From an uncultured Candidatus Saccharibacteria bacterium (lineage in GTDB: Bacteria; Patescibacteriota; Saccharimonadia; JAGOAT01; CAYZIP01): DNA of 49,537 bases. Below, piece after piece: positions 1 through 9,115 of this stretch. The DNA lies in NCBI GenBank assembly GCA_964478695.1, contig CAYZIP010000006.1:1-49537 (forward strand). The letters run 5' to 3'. The notes under the pieces are model-generated. The model had not been told where the DNA came from. It was given only the letters and a program-made list of their open reading frames with translations, and searched no databases. The position numbers and the translations under genes were made by a program. Within the stretch, counting starts at the first letter, position 1; the number at the start of each line of letters is the position of its first letter.

Positions 1-29
1 TATATAGTCAACTCAAAACAAAATCAACA
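1..29. repeat. IS630 terminal inverted repeat (transposase 3' side)
   Basis: tatatagtcaactcaaaacaaaatcaaca versus the reverse complement of 1141-1169, tatatagccagttaaaaacaaaaccaaca. Confidence 0.75.
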
Positions 30-40
30 GTTTTGAGTTG
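9..40 (-). terminator. Hairpin downstream of the transposase, overlapping the TIR
   Basis: Perfect 11-bp inverted repeat caactcaaaac (9-19) / gttttgagttg (30-40) with a 10-nt loop, 11 nt past the stop codon. No clear U-tract. Confidence 0.45.
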
Positions 41-51
41 GGTAGATTTGC

Positions 52-1101
52 CTAGATCCTGTACTCAAATATCCTAGACTTTAGTAGACTATTGAATTCA
101 TCTTTTAATACTATCCAGTCTCCACTATCACGATTAGCTAGTTTGGACTTAGCCCACTGCCAGACATGTTCTATTGGGTTGGTGTCAGGTGCATAGGGAG
201 CAAAATTAATTAGATGTATTCTGCTTAATTCACCATCACTCGAAAGTGCTTCTCTAAGTAGCTTACCTTTATGCCACCTGGCATTATCCCAAATAATACA
301 GATAGGCTGGTTATCTTTGTGCTTACTTACAAACTGAGTTAAAGCTTTGATTGTTTCAATCTGGTTACCCCTATCTATTTCATAGTTAAATAGCTCACCA
401 GTATCGTTATTTAGGAATCCTAGGTAGTTCTGATGTAGTTTACTTCTTTCAGTTCTAACTATAGTTTTCTCACCTGTTTTGAGCCAAGCTCTCCTTATCT
501 CTGAGCTATACTGAAGTCTAGTCTCATCAGATGAATAGAAAACCATATTTGGATATTTTTCTTTAAGGCTGGTAATCTCACTACGAATTTCTTGTAGCCT
601 ATTTTTTATCTCAGCTTCATCTGACCGTCTAGGGCTAAGTTTATCTGGATACTTGAAACTAAAACCTGAAAACTTTAGTAGGAAGTGATATGACTGTTTA
701 CTTTCATATTCAATTCCAAACTTGGCTTTAGTGTACTCCTTAAGAGTAGGCACATCCCAGAAGTCAGTAGGGAGACCTTCAGCTGAGGGTGGCAACTTAA
801 GTGTAAGGGCAATCTGTTTCTTTTGTTCGATTGTTAGGTCTGCTGCATTTTGGTTACCTCTGTGGCCCGAGAAGATACTGGCCATTCTTCTATTAGACCA
901 GTCAACAAGCCAGTTATGTACGGTTCTTGGTTTGCGATCAATAACATCTGAAATTACATCTGATGAAACTCCATTTGATGAATACAAAACAGCTTGAGAT
1001 TTAAACCTAATTAGTTTAAGTGGGGATGTCTTCGCATAGGCTTGCAGTAAAGTCTTTTCATCCTCAGTTATTTTTATTTTTAGCATAAGCTTTAATTGCA
1101 A
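52..1101 (-). CDS. IS630-family transposase (HTH + winged HTH + DDE); real start may be the ATG at 1086
   Basis: N-terminal HTH (RTVHNWLVDW), WDVPTLKEY winged HTH, catalytic motifs SSDETR, IIWDNARWH, PYAPDTNPIEHVW. No frameshift. Confidence 0.92.
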   Translation of the reverse strand: MQLKLMLKIKITEDEKTLLQAYAKTSPLKLIRFKSQAVLYSSNGVSSDVISDVIDRKPRTVHNWLVDWSNRRMASIFSGHRGNQNAADLTIEQKKQIALTLKLPPSAEGLPTDFWDVPTLKEYTKAKFGIEYESKQSYHFLLKFSGFSFKYPDKLSPRRSDEAEIKNRLQEIRSEITSLKEKYPNMVFYSSDETRLQYSSEIRRAWLKTGEKTIVRTERSKLHQNYLGFLNNDTGELFNYEIDRGNQIETIKALTQFVSKHKDNQPICIIWDNARWHKGKLLREALSSDGELSRIHLINFAPYAPDTNPIEHVWQWAKSKLANRDSGDWIVLKDEFNSLLKSRIFEYRI

Positions 1102-1140
1102 GCTTAGCAGACAGAAATGCTAAATTCAACAGACAGAAGG

Positions 1141-1169
1141 TGTTGGTTTTGTTTTTAACTGGCTATATA
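1141..1169. repeat. IS630 terminal inverted repeat (transposase 5' side)
   Basis: Partner of the 1-29 repeat. Confidence 0.75.
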
Positions 1170-1212
1170 TAACTAATATAGAAATAGGTTTTCTTTTAAT
1201 AAAGAAGAATGC

Positions 1213-2361
1213 TTAGTAAATATAAGCGTAGCTATTAGCAGGGATCCATCTAGTGGTGGCCCTTCCCCAGTTACCATTAAAGTTCATTTCAGATATAAGA
1301 ACCTGATTGCCATTAACCTGTTCAACGATAGCAACATGGCCATAGTACCCTATGCCAGTCCAAGCGATAGCTCCAACTACCGGGGTTGATCCAACAGAAA
1401 AGCCGGAGGCTTGAGCTCTAGAGTACCAAGTATTAGCATTCCCCCAGGTATTGGGAATATTTCTTCTGCTGGCTGCATACCAAGTACATTGACCATAAGA
1501 ATATGTATTGGCTCTAGGGCTATAATTAGTTAAAGCCGTGCCAGCAACACCAGAGCTAACGCTAGCAACGGGTCTGTTGGCTGTATTGTTATTAACAACA
1601 ACTTTAGGCTTCTCTTCTATTATTCCATCAGGGATAATAAGCTTGGTCCCTACTTTAGGTATGTTACCGTCCAGAACACCATTATAGCTAATAATCATTT
1701 CTTTAGTGCTCTTATATTTTGCAGCAAGAGAATCAAAATTATCTTGATCCGTTATAGTGTGCAATACTCCATTAGTGGGTAGAATGGTAATATTTTGTCC
1801 TTCTTTAATTTCTCCACCTAGGTCTACTCCATTATTCCATCTAATGGTTTGAGTAGTGATATTGAATTTACTAGCTACAGAAGATAAATTTTCTCCTTTA
1901 GCTACTATATAGCTAGCAATCTTACCCTGAGGGGTACCACTAGTAATTAAAGGTGTGCTTTTAGTAAGAGCATCATCTGTAGTAGTACCTAGTTTAGTCT
2001 GAATATATTCAGACTTTTGATTACTCTGTCCGCTATTTTCTAAAACAGTATTAGCAGATTTATAAATAACAGTTGAAGACGAAATCATTTCAGACTGTAT
2101 AGAAACAGCTGTTTGAACATCGGTGTATATATTAGAAGCATTACTGCTTTTATCAGTACTTTTTTTAACAATTGAGTTAGATTCAAATTGATCAACATAT
2201 CCCATACACAAAACAAATAATAGGGATAGGATTATAAAATTTTTAGAAACTAATTTAACATTTATTAAGCCTTTGGACTTAATATTACTGTCCTTCTTAA
2301 GCAGAAGAACTTTATTAAATGATTTTAAAATATTTTCCTTCCATTTTGCTATATAAGGCAC
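1213..2361 (-). CDS. LysM-repeat / CHAP-domain peptidoglycan hydrolase
   Basis: N-terminal TM segment, two LysM repeats (YIVAKGENLSSVASKF; HTITDQDNFDSLAAKY), C-terminal CHAP (YGQCTWY...WGNA...YGHVAIVE...SEMN). Confidence 0.9.
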   Translation of the reverse strand: MPYIAKWKENILKSFNKVLLLKKDSNIKSKGLINVKLVSKNFIILSLLFVLCMGYVDQFESNSIVKKSTDKSSNASNIYTDVQTAVSIQSEMISSSTVIYKSANTVLENSGQSNQKSEYIQTKLGTTTDDALTKSTPLITSGTPQGKIASYIVAKGENLSSVASKFNITTQTIRWNNGVDLGGEIKEGQNITILPTNGVLHTITDQDNFDSLAAKYKSTKEMIISYNGVLDGNIPKVGTKLIIPDGIIEEKPKVVVNNNTANRPVASVSSGVAGTALTNYSPRANTYSYGQCTWYAASRRNIPNTWGNANTWYSRAQASGFSVGSTPVVGAIAWTGIGYYGHVAIVEQVNGNQVLISEMNFNGNWGRATTRWIPANSYAYIY

Positions 2362-2616
2362 ACTATTAAGCCCAAGTAGAGCTTATGTCCTTAAATATTG
2401 ATGCAAAATATTAATAGAAATAGTTAGCAATAAGACTATAAGGTTTTAAGGATTAAATTTTAGTATCTTAGTCCAAGACAGAACAACCTTTAAACCCTTG
2501 ACAATTAAAGTACTAACTGTGATAAATATTATACTAAAAAGGCTCATTCTATGTCAATCTTTAACCATATATATGTTACTGTCCGGAAGTTCTAAATATA
2601 CTTTTTATTATATTTT

Positions 2617-3615
2617 TTAATGATTTAAATATAATTCAATATTACTATTATGCTGCTCTAGGGTTTTACTATAATGCACTACCCCATTTTTATCAGCTAA
2701 AAAGAAAATATAATCATTAGGAATGGGTTTAAGGACGGCTTCTATTGCTTCCAGGCCAATATTACAAATAGGAGTGGGGGTTAAGCCTTTATTTTTATAA
2801 GTATTATAAGGAGAATCTATATCGATATCCTCTGGAGTAGTAACTTGATGCCCAGTAATATAGTCAATAGTTACATCGCTTTGCAGGGGCATATTAATGT
2901 CTAGTCTATTTAAAAATACTTGAGCCACCATCTTTCTGTCCTTAATAGTCATAGCTTCTTTTTCTACTATAGAAGCTAGAGTTAGAGCTTGATTAAAACT
3001 CAAAGATGAGCCATTAAAATCTAAGCTAGAAAATTTGTTTTGTGTATTTTGATAAATCTTTCCTACTATATCTTGATAGCTAGATCCAACATTAAAGCTA
3101 TAGGTATCTGGGAAAATATAGCCTTCTATACTATTTTTGTTAGCTCTTTCGTTCACTATAGCACTGGTACTATTATGCAAAAACTCTTCCTTTAATTTAG
3201 CTTGATCTACCTTAGTGGCTACAGCCAATTGTTTAATCAGATCATCAGACCTCTTCCCTTCTAATAAAGTAATCTTAATCTTACTGGTTTTGCCATTACT
3301 AGTAAGATCTATAATATCGCTTAATTGCATATTGCCAGATAATGAATAGCTACCTTCTATCAGCCCTTGCCTATCTTTAATATAATAAAGTAGCTTAAAG
3401 GCAATATCAGAACGGATCAGTTTCTCTTCTTTTAAGTTTTTAGCTATAACAGAAACACTTTGTCCGCTAGTTATATTAAATATTTTAGGACTAGAGTTAC
3501 TAGAAATAGGCTGTGTAAGGTAGTATAAATATGCAAGGATTAAATTTATAATAATAATTACTGCCAAAAATAGTCTTAATAAATACTTTGTTTTACTGCC
3601 TTTGCTACGAGTCAT
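2617..3615 (-). CDS. mltG: Endolytic transglycosylase MltG (YceG family)
   Basis: N-terminal TM, EGYIFPDTY, LASIVEKEA (catalytic Glu), LQSDVT, SPYNTYKNKGLTPTPICN. Confidence 0.93.
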   Translation of the reverse strand: MTRSKGSKTKYLLRLFLAVIIIINLILAYLYYLTQPISSNSSPKIFNITSGQSVSVIAKNLKEEKLIRSDIAFKLLYYIKDRQGLIEGSYSLSGNMQLSDIIDLTSNGKTSKIKITLLEGKRSDDLIKQLAVATKVDQAKLKEEFLHNSTSAIVNERANKNSIEGYIFPDTYSFNVGSSYQDIVGKIYQNTQNKFSSLDFNGSSLSFNQALTLASIVEKEAMTIKDRKMVAQVFLNRLDINMPLQSDVTIDYITGHQVTTPEDIDIDSPYNTYKNKGLTPTPICNIGLEAIEAVLKPIPNDYIFFLADKNGVVHYSKTLEQHNSNIELYLNH

Positions 3616-3627
3616 ATTTTATATATA

Positions 3628-4032
3628 TTATACCAATGAATGGATATAATCCCCCAAGATGATTTTGGCCGATATTTGATGTACCAGACCAGGGTCTAAT
3701 TTTGCTATTTTAATAAGCTTGATAGCAGCTTCAGATGAACCAAATTCATCTTGGGGGATAATTTTAATATTTGTTTTCCCATTTAAAAGTAAAATAAAAT
3801 CATCTACCAGGCCAGTAATTCTAGTATGTTTGCCATACATATCTAAAGGATATCCAATAACAATAAGTTCTATATTTAGATCTACTAATATTTCTAAAAT
3901 TTTATCTATGACCTCAATATTGTCTAGTGTTTTGTAGTCACTAACTATATAGTTATTAGACTCTAAGCTATGGGACAGCCCAACCCAGCGTACCCCAAAG
4001 TCTATCCCTAAACTATTTTTTAAGTTCGGCAT
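3628..4032 (-). CDS. ruvX: YqgF/RuvX-family nuclease
   Basis: LGIDFGVRWVGLS, IVIGYPL, QDEFGSS motifs; 134 aa. Confidence 0.85.
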   Translation of the reverse strand: MPNLKNSLGIDFGVRWVGLSHSLESNNYIVSDYKTLDNIEVIDKILEILVDLNIELIVIGYPLDMYGKHTRITGLVDDFILLLNGKTNIKIIPQDEFGSSEAAIKLIKIAKLDPGLVHQISAKIILGDYIHSLV

Positions 4033-5674
4033 TCACTTTTATTCTATTAGTCAAAATAGGTAATTTAGGCCAAAATCTAGGACTAGAGTTGATACTAAAA
4101 CCATCCATTTCTTTAACACTAGCTCTTAAAATACCTTCTACATCTTTGACTGATTTAAAACGTAATTTTCTAGAAAGTTCTTGTCTGGCAATAATGGCTC
4201 CAGACCACACTGTTGTATCTAAATCTAACATATATTGACCATCTCCAATATCTTTAACTGTGTTAAATTTAATAGATGCAAAGTCAAAGTCATATATCTT
4301 AGACCCAGCTTCTACTTTTTTATTAGCATTAGCCTTAATAATATCTTCTATTTCTGAGCTCTTGACGGCAGTTATGGAGTATTTTAAACTAAGTTTTAAA
4401 ATTCCTTCTTTATTCTCACTGCCTACAGGAGCACTAAGCTCTTCTTTTTCTATAGTTTGTACTAAAGTTTCTGGGATCAAGACACTATCACTTGGTAATT
4501 TTTTGCTTAAATCGGCAATAATCTTATCTCTATTATATTCTCTTAATTTATTTTTTAAATTATCAACATCACTAGAACTAACTATTTCTATAAATTTCTC
4601 TTGTCCGCCAGTAGTGGTTCCTACGCCACCGATTAGATCTGGCATTCCTTCTATAGTGAAGAATGTATCACTTAAATTAGAAGACTCTCCATTATTAATG
4701 GCTTGTACTTTGAGTTCTACTGAACTAGATTTACAAACAGACCCTCCTCCACTAAACACTCCGGCTGGAACCTCTACACTATTGTTGGCTATAAATTCTT
4801 TTCCTTTAGATAATACCTTGGCCCCACTGCTAATAGTATGCCCACTGGTATCATCACAATTTTTTATCATTACAGACCCACTAGCCTTGGTCCCAATATC
4901 TTTTTTACCACTAGCCTGATAATGCTCTTCCACATACTGAGATTTGTCTAAATAATTAGCACTTAAAACATTGTTTGCTAAATCACTCTTAATACTATTG
5001 GTGTCTAGGGTAATGTTAGTATTAATCTTAACTGCTGCAGCTTTAATATAAACAATAATATTAGCGCTAGGAACTATCACCATTAATGCTATTAGCCCTA
5101 AAAGCAGCACTAACACCATAGCGGCTTTATTAAGCCTAGATTTTAATAAATCAAAATTGGGGACACTGGGCTGGCTATACCCAACCACATTGTCGATTGG
5201 CTCAGACTGATGATGGGTTTTTTTTGAGTCAACCCCACTTGCTTGAACATATGCTAAATTAGCATCTTCTATATCACCATATTCTTCAATAGTATCTATG
5301 TCTTTAGCTTGCTCCTCTGGGATATTCTCACTGAGCCTAGAGCTGCTATTGTCATGAATCTTAATATCTTTTATATCAGCCTTAGTACTGTTTATTTTTT
5401 CTAAACCATCATCATGAATACTATTTAAATATGCTATATCATATCTGGACAATACTTTATGCAGACTAGTATCGCTAGTGATAATTACAATACTTTTACC
5501 CATTTTCTTGACACTACTATCTAAAAGCTTTAGATTAATACTACTTTTGGCCAAAACAGAGCGGCCAGGAAGCACTAACTTAATACTACTACTATGATGT
5601 TTCTTTATTAAATCTATAGCCTCAGTAATATCGGCATCATTTTCCAAATATAAAATAGCGCTTTTATTATTCAT
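4013..5674 (-). CDS. Single-pass membrane protein with a baseplate-J-like beta-rich extracellular region (conserved CPR-type hypothetical)
   Basis: Cytoplasmic N-domain (DADITEAID...KLVLPGRSVLAKSSINLKLL), acidic linker, one TM, then G.KASGSVMIKN and G..YN-like segments typical of this family. The stop overlaps the ruvX start. Confidence 0.65.
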   Translation of the reverse strand: MNNKSAILYLENDADITEAIDLIKKHHSSSIKLVLPGRSVLAKSSINLKLLDSSVKKMGKSIVIITSDTSLHKVLSRYDIAYLNSIHDDGLEKINSTKADIKDIKIHDNSSSRLSENIPEEQAKDIDTIEEYGDIEDANLAYVQASGVDSKKTHHQSEPIDNVVGYSQPSVPNFDLLKSRLNKAAMVLVLLLGLIALMVIVPSANIIVYIKAAAVKINTNITLDTNSIKSDLANNVLSANYLDKSQYVEEHYQASGKKDIGTKASGSVMIKNCDDTSGHTISSGAKVLSKGKEFIANNSVEVPAGVFSGGGSVCKSSSVELKVQAINNGESSNLSDTFFTIEGMPDLIGGVGTTTGGQEKFIEIVSSSDVDNLKNKLREYNRDKIIADLSKKLPSDSVLIPETLVQTIEKEELSAPVGSENKEGILKLSLKYSITAVKSSEIEDIIKANANKKVEAGSKIYDFDFASIKFNTVKDIGDGQYMLDLDTTVWSGAIIARQELSRKLRFKSVKDVEGILRASVKEMDGFSINSSPRFWPKLPILTNRIKVNAELKK

Positions 5675-5696
5675 TCTTAACCCTTATTTTTTCTTT

Positions 5697-7193
5697 TTAA
5701 ATACGCAATGATTTACTTAATTTATCTAGAACACTATCTTTATGACTATCTGTACCGATAAAATCATATCCAACCGAAACTAGCCCTAGGGCAGTTACGT
5801 CTTGAATATCCATATCATCAACAGCAACGATTTCTACTTGTTCTTGACCACTAAGTCTAGTCTCATCCGAGCTTAACCTATAAATATCATCTGGACACAA
5901 TAGCCCTATAGTAGGCCTACGGCCAAAACCAGCTTCCTTGTACCAATTATCATCTGCTAATAATACCTCTCTAATTTCTGGCAATAAACTTCCACCGCCA
6001 CACAACAATATCTTATTAGGGAGTTGGTCAATATTATCAAACTCACTTAATGCTATCTCTACTCCACCACGCCAAACCAAGGCATCGTCAAGCATAGTTC
6101 TTTTTAAAATATCCATTTTTTTGCCTTTTAATGATTTAGAGCAGTGTTCTAGTTTAGCAATTTCAGCTCTAGCAAAATCTAAATCCAAAATTTGAGTTAT
6201 TTTTTTAGTAAAAGACCTACCACCAATAGCAAACATTTTAGTCCCCATAATCCCACCATTATTAATAATAGCTATATCGGTGGTTCCTCCTCCGATATCA
6301 ATAACAATAGCACTAAATTCACTGTCTTCAGATATGCCTTTAGCTACAGCAAATGGTTCAGCAGTTAGGGTTAATAGCCTTAAATCCAAACGGTTAGCAA
6401 TAGTTTTAATGGCTCCAATGTGCACTAAAGGTGCAAAGGCATTATATATATCTAAAGTAACATCTTTACCCTGAAACCCAATGGGATTGGTGACCCTATA
6501 TCCATCTATGTAGACATCGATGACAGCGGCATTGATTAGTTCTATTTCAGGATCTTCTTGCCCAGTATTCCAAGACAAGGCCTCTTTGCTTTTTTGCATG
6601 GCCTTTTTTTCAATATCCCCACTAACATCAAATAGCTCATTCAGCTCAATAGGCACTTCTGGCTGCAAACGTCGATAAGCAGTAGAAGTTACCTTGCCTT
6701 GTATTAACTCGCCAGCCAACCCAATCACCACGTCTCTAATGGTGATATTAGACATTTGCTCAGCCATGCTTAAGGCATTATCACAATTATCTACAACGGA
6801 AGCTATATCCATAACCGCCCCTGACTGCATATCGGTTAGTTTTTGTTTTGAACGCCCCAATCCCACCACCTTAAGTTGTTCATTCTCAACAATACACTGT
6901 ACTACTTTTACATATTCAGTACCAATATCTAGCCCAGTAATAGTGTATGAATTATCTCCTTCTTTACCTCCTCTAAAATTAGTCAGTAGCGGAGAAGCTT
7001 TATCTTTTAGGGTTTTGGCAATGGTATTTAATAGGTTCTTATTAATATGTTTATTTAAGCTAATAGTTTTGGTCTTAGTGGCCACTTTGAAGCTACTAAT
7101 TTTTTTGCTAGTTTTAGATGCTAGCCCATCGACACTGTTTTCTGTATCATGTGGTGTAGAAGGGCGAGATAAATTTAATTTAACTTTTCTCAT
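5697..7193 (-). CDS. ftsA: FtsA-like actin-fold ATPase with ~80-aa basic N-terminal extension
   Basis: GLDIGTEYVK phosphate-1, VIDIGGGTTD phosphate-2, LCGGGS adenosine motif, AEPFAVA, C-terminal amphipathic SVLDKLSKSLRI. Confidence 0.85.
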   Translation of the reverse strand: MRKVKLNLSRPSTPHDTENSVDGLASKTSKKISSFKVATKTKTISLNKHINKNLLNTIAKTLKDKASPLLTNFRGGKEGDNSYTITGLDIGTEYVKVVQCIVENEQLKVVGLGRSKQKLTDMQSGAVMDIASVVDNCDNALSMAEQMSNITIRDVVIGLAGELIQGKVTSTAYRRLQPEVPIELNELFDVSGDIEKKAMQKSKEALSWNTGQEDPEIELINAAVIDVYIDGYRVTNPIGFQGKDVTLDIYNAFAPLVHIGAIKTIANRLDLRLLTLTAEPFAVAKGISEDSEFSAIVIDIGGGTTDIAIINNGGIMGTKMFAIGGRSFTKKITQILDLDFARAEIAKLEHCSKSLKGKKMDILKRTMLDDALVWRGGVEIALSEFDNIDQLPNKILLCGGGSLLPEIREVLLADDNWYKEAGFGRRPTIGLLCPDDIYRLSSDETRLSGQEQVEIVAVDDMDIQDVTALGLVSVGYDFIGTDSHKDSVLDKLSKSLRI

Positions 7194-7294
7194 AGTATAA
7201 TTGTAATGTTTTTAAGTAACTAAAAGCAAAACAAGTTTAAGTTTTAATCATAGTCATTAATTATAGTAATGCCAATACTTTAATGGCTATATAG

Positions 7295-9088
7295 TTAATT
7301 AATAATAGCCTTAATACGTCTTACGCCAGACGAACTAGACTCTTCTTTGGTAATTTTAAAATTGCCAATCAATCCAGTTCGAGATACATGTGGACCACCG
7401 CATATTTCTTTGGAGAAATAATTATCATCAGATCCAACCGTATAGACTTTAACAATATCAGCATATTTCTCACCAAATGCTCCTAGAGCTCCTTGGGAAA
7501 AAGCCTCTTCTTTAGGCATCTGCTGATAAGTTATAGGTAAATCTTGAGTAATTACATCATTTACTATTTTCTCTATCTTGGTAATCTCATCGGCCGAAAC
7601 TTTTTGAGGATGAGAAAAATCAAATCTCATTCTTTCAGTCGTTATATTAGATCCCCTCTGTATGACATGGCTGCCTAATACTTGACGCAAAGCTTGATAC
7701 ATTAAATGAGTAGCACTGTGATAACGAATAGACATTTTGGAATCATCCGCCAATCCTCCTTTAAATGCTCCCTTGGCAAATGATTGTGATCTTTGTCTTT
7801 GCTCCAACATTAAACCATCAAAAATTTGGTCTAAATCAGGCGCTAAATCAATATTCATGAGTCCTGCCTGTTCTTTGGTCAAATCCAAAGGAAATCCATA
7901 AGTATCAAAAAGCTTAAAGGCAATGCTACCAGTGATTACTTGTTGTTTATTGTGTAGCATTTTTTGAAATTCTTTTAGCCCCTTAGAAAGAGTTAGGCTA
8001 AATAACTGCTCTTCCGTAGCAATAATAGAGATAATATTTTTACTATCAGACAATTCTTCATAGTGATCTTTATATAAGTGAGTCAGGACTGGTACTAGCT
8101 CTAGGGCCAAAGGTTGTTTTATGTCTAATTCTTTTGCTCTGCTTATAGCCCTACGAAGTAATCTACGCATAATATAACCCCGACCTATATTACTAGGCTC
8201 TATACCGTCAGCAGCCATAAATACAGCACTACGGTAATGGTCAGCTATAATATGATAAGCTGCTTGACTATTAACATCATAAGCCTTGCTGCTAATGGCA
8301 GAAATGGCTTTTATGATTTCAAGAAAATTATTAGTTTGGTAAACACTATCAACTCCCTGCTTAACCATAGCAAGACGCTCTAATCCTCCTCCAAAATCTA
8401 CATTTTTACTGTCAAGTTCTTTGTACAAACCCTCATTTTTTTGATAAGACATAAAAACACTATTACATATTTCAATAAACTCAGGGCTATCACTATCAAA
8501 GTCAGGATTATCATCTTTACCTAAATAATAAAATATCTCTGAATCTGGTCCCGCTGGAGAATTATTAGCACCAGCTATTTCCCACCAATTATCGTTTCTG
8601 CCTAATTTTACCCACCTTTTTCCTTCTGTAAAATCTATATTAGATCTCTTAAAGATGCCTCTCCATATCTCGATAGATTCTTCATCTGGAGGAATGGTGC
8701 TATCTCCTTCATATACCGTAACATATAGCTTATTTTGATCTAATCCTAGATAGTTAACCCCTGTCAGCCACTCCCATATCCATTCCAAAGCTTCTTTTTT
8801 ATAATAATCACCCAAAGACCAGTGTCCCAACATTTCCAACATAGTTAAATGTGAGTTATCTCCCACCTCTTCTATGTCTGTTGTTCTAACACATTTTTGA
8901 GCATTGGCTAGTCTTGTCCCCATGGGATGTTTCTCTCCTAATAAATAGGGTACCAAGGGCTGCATGCCAGCAGTATTAAATAGTACCGTAGGGTCATTCT
9001 CTGGTATCAGACTAGCACTAGGGATAATGACACATCCCTTTGACTTAAAAAAATCCAAAAAGCTTTGACGAATTTGACTAGTATTCAT
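7295..9088 (-). CDS. alaS: Alanine--tRNA ligase (short form, no C-Ala domain)
   Basis: LFNTAGMQPL, DFGGGLERL, DHYRSAVF, GRGYIMRRLLRRA, editing HSATH...CGGPH; ends at SGVRRIKA. Confidence 0.96.
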   Translation of the reverse strand: MNTSQIRQSFLDFFKSKGCVIIPSASLIPENDPTVLFNTAGMQPLVPYLLGEKHPMGTRLANAQKCVRTTDIEEVGDNSHLTMLEMLGHWSLGDYYKKEALEWIWEWLTGVNYLGLDQNKLYVTVYEGDSTIPPDEESIEIWRGIFKRSNIDFTEGKRWVKLGRNDNWWEIAGANNSPAGPDSEIFYYLGKDDNPDFDSDSPEFIEICNSVFMSYQKNEGLYKELDSKNVDFGGGLERLAMVKQGVDSVYQTNNFLEIIKAISAISSKAYDVNSQAAYHIIADHYRSAVFMAADGIEPSNIGRGYIMRRLLRRAISRAKELDIKQPLALELVPVLTHLYKDHYEELSDSKNIISIIATEEQLFSLTLSKGLKEFQKMLHNKQQVITGSIAFKLFDTYGFPLDLTKEQAGLMNIDLAPDLDQIFDGLMLEQRQRSQSFAKGAFKGGLADDSKMSIRYHSATHLMYQALRQVLGSHVIQRGSNITTERMRFDFSHPQKVSADEITKIEKIVNDVITQDLPITYQQMPKEEAFSQGALGAFGEKYADIVKVYTVGSDDNYFSKEICGGPHVSRTGLIGNFKITKEESSSSGVRRIKAIIN

Positions 9089-9115
9089 ATTAGTATAATC
9101 ATATCATTAATAGAA

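Larger units (their letters stand above)
1..1169 (-). mobile_element. IS630-family insertion sequence, apparently complete
   Basis: Transposase ORF bounded by imperfect 29-bp terminal inverted repeats (1-29 vs 1141-1169, 24/29 match by hand alignment), both ending in TATA, consistent with IS630 TA targeting. Confidence 0.85.

Noticed and set aside
4013-5674. Prophage or contractile injection system suggested by the baseplate-J-like protein
   Set aside because: No tail, sheath, capsid or terminase genes; the protein is membrane-anchored within a housekeeping operon.
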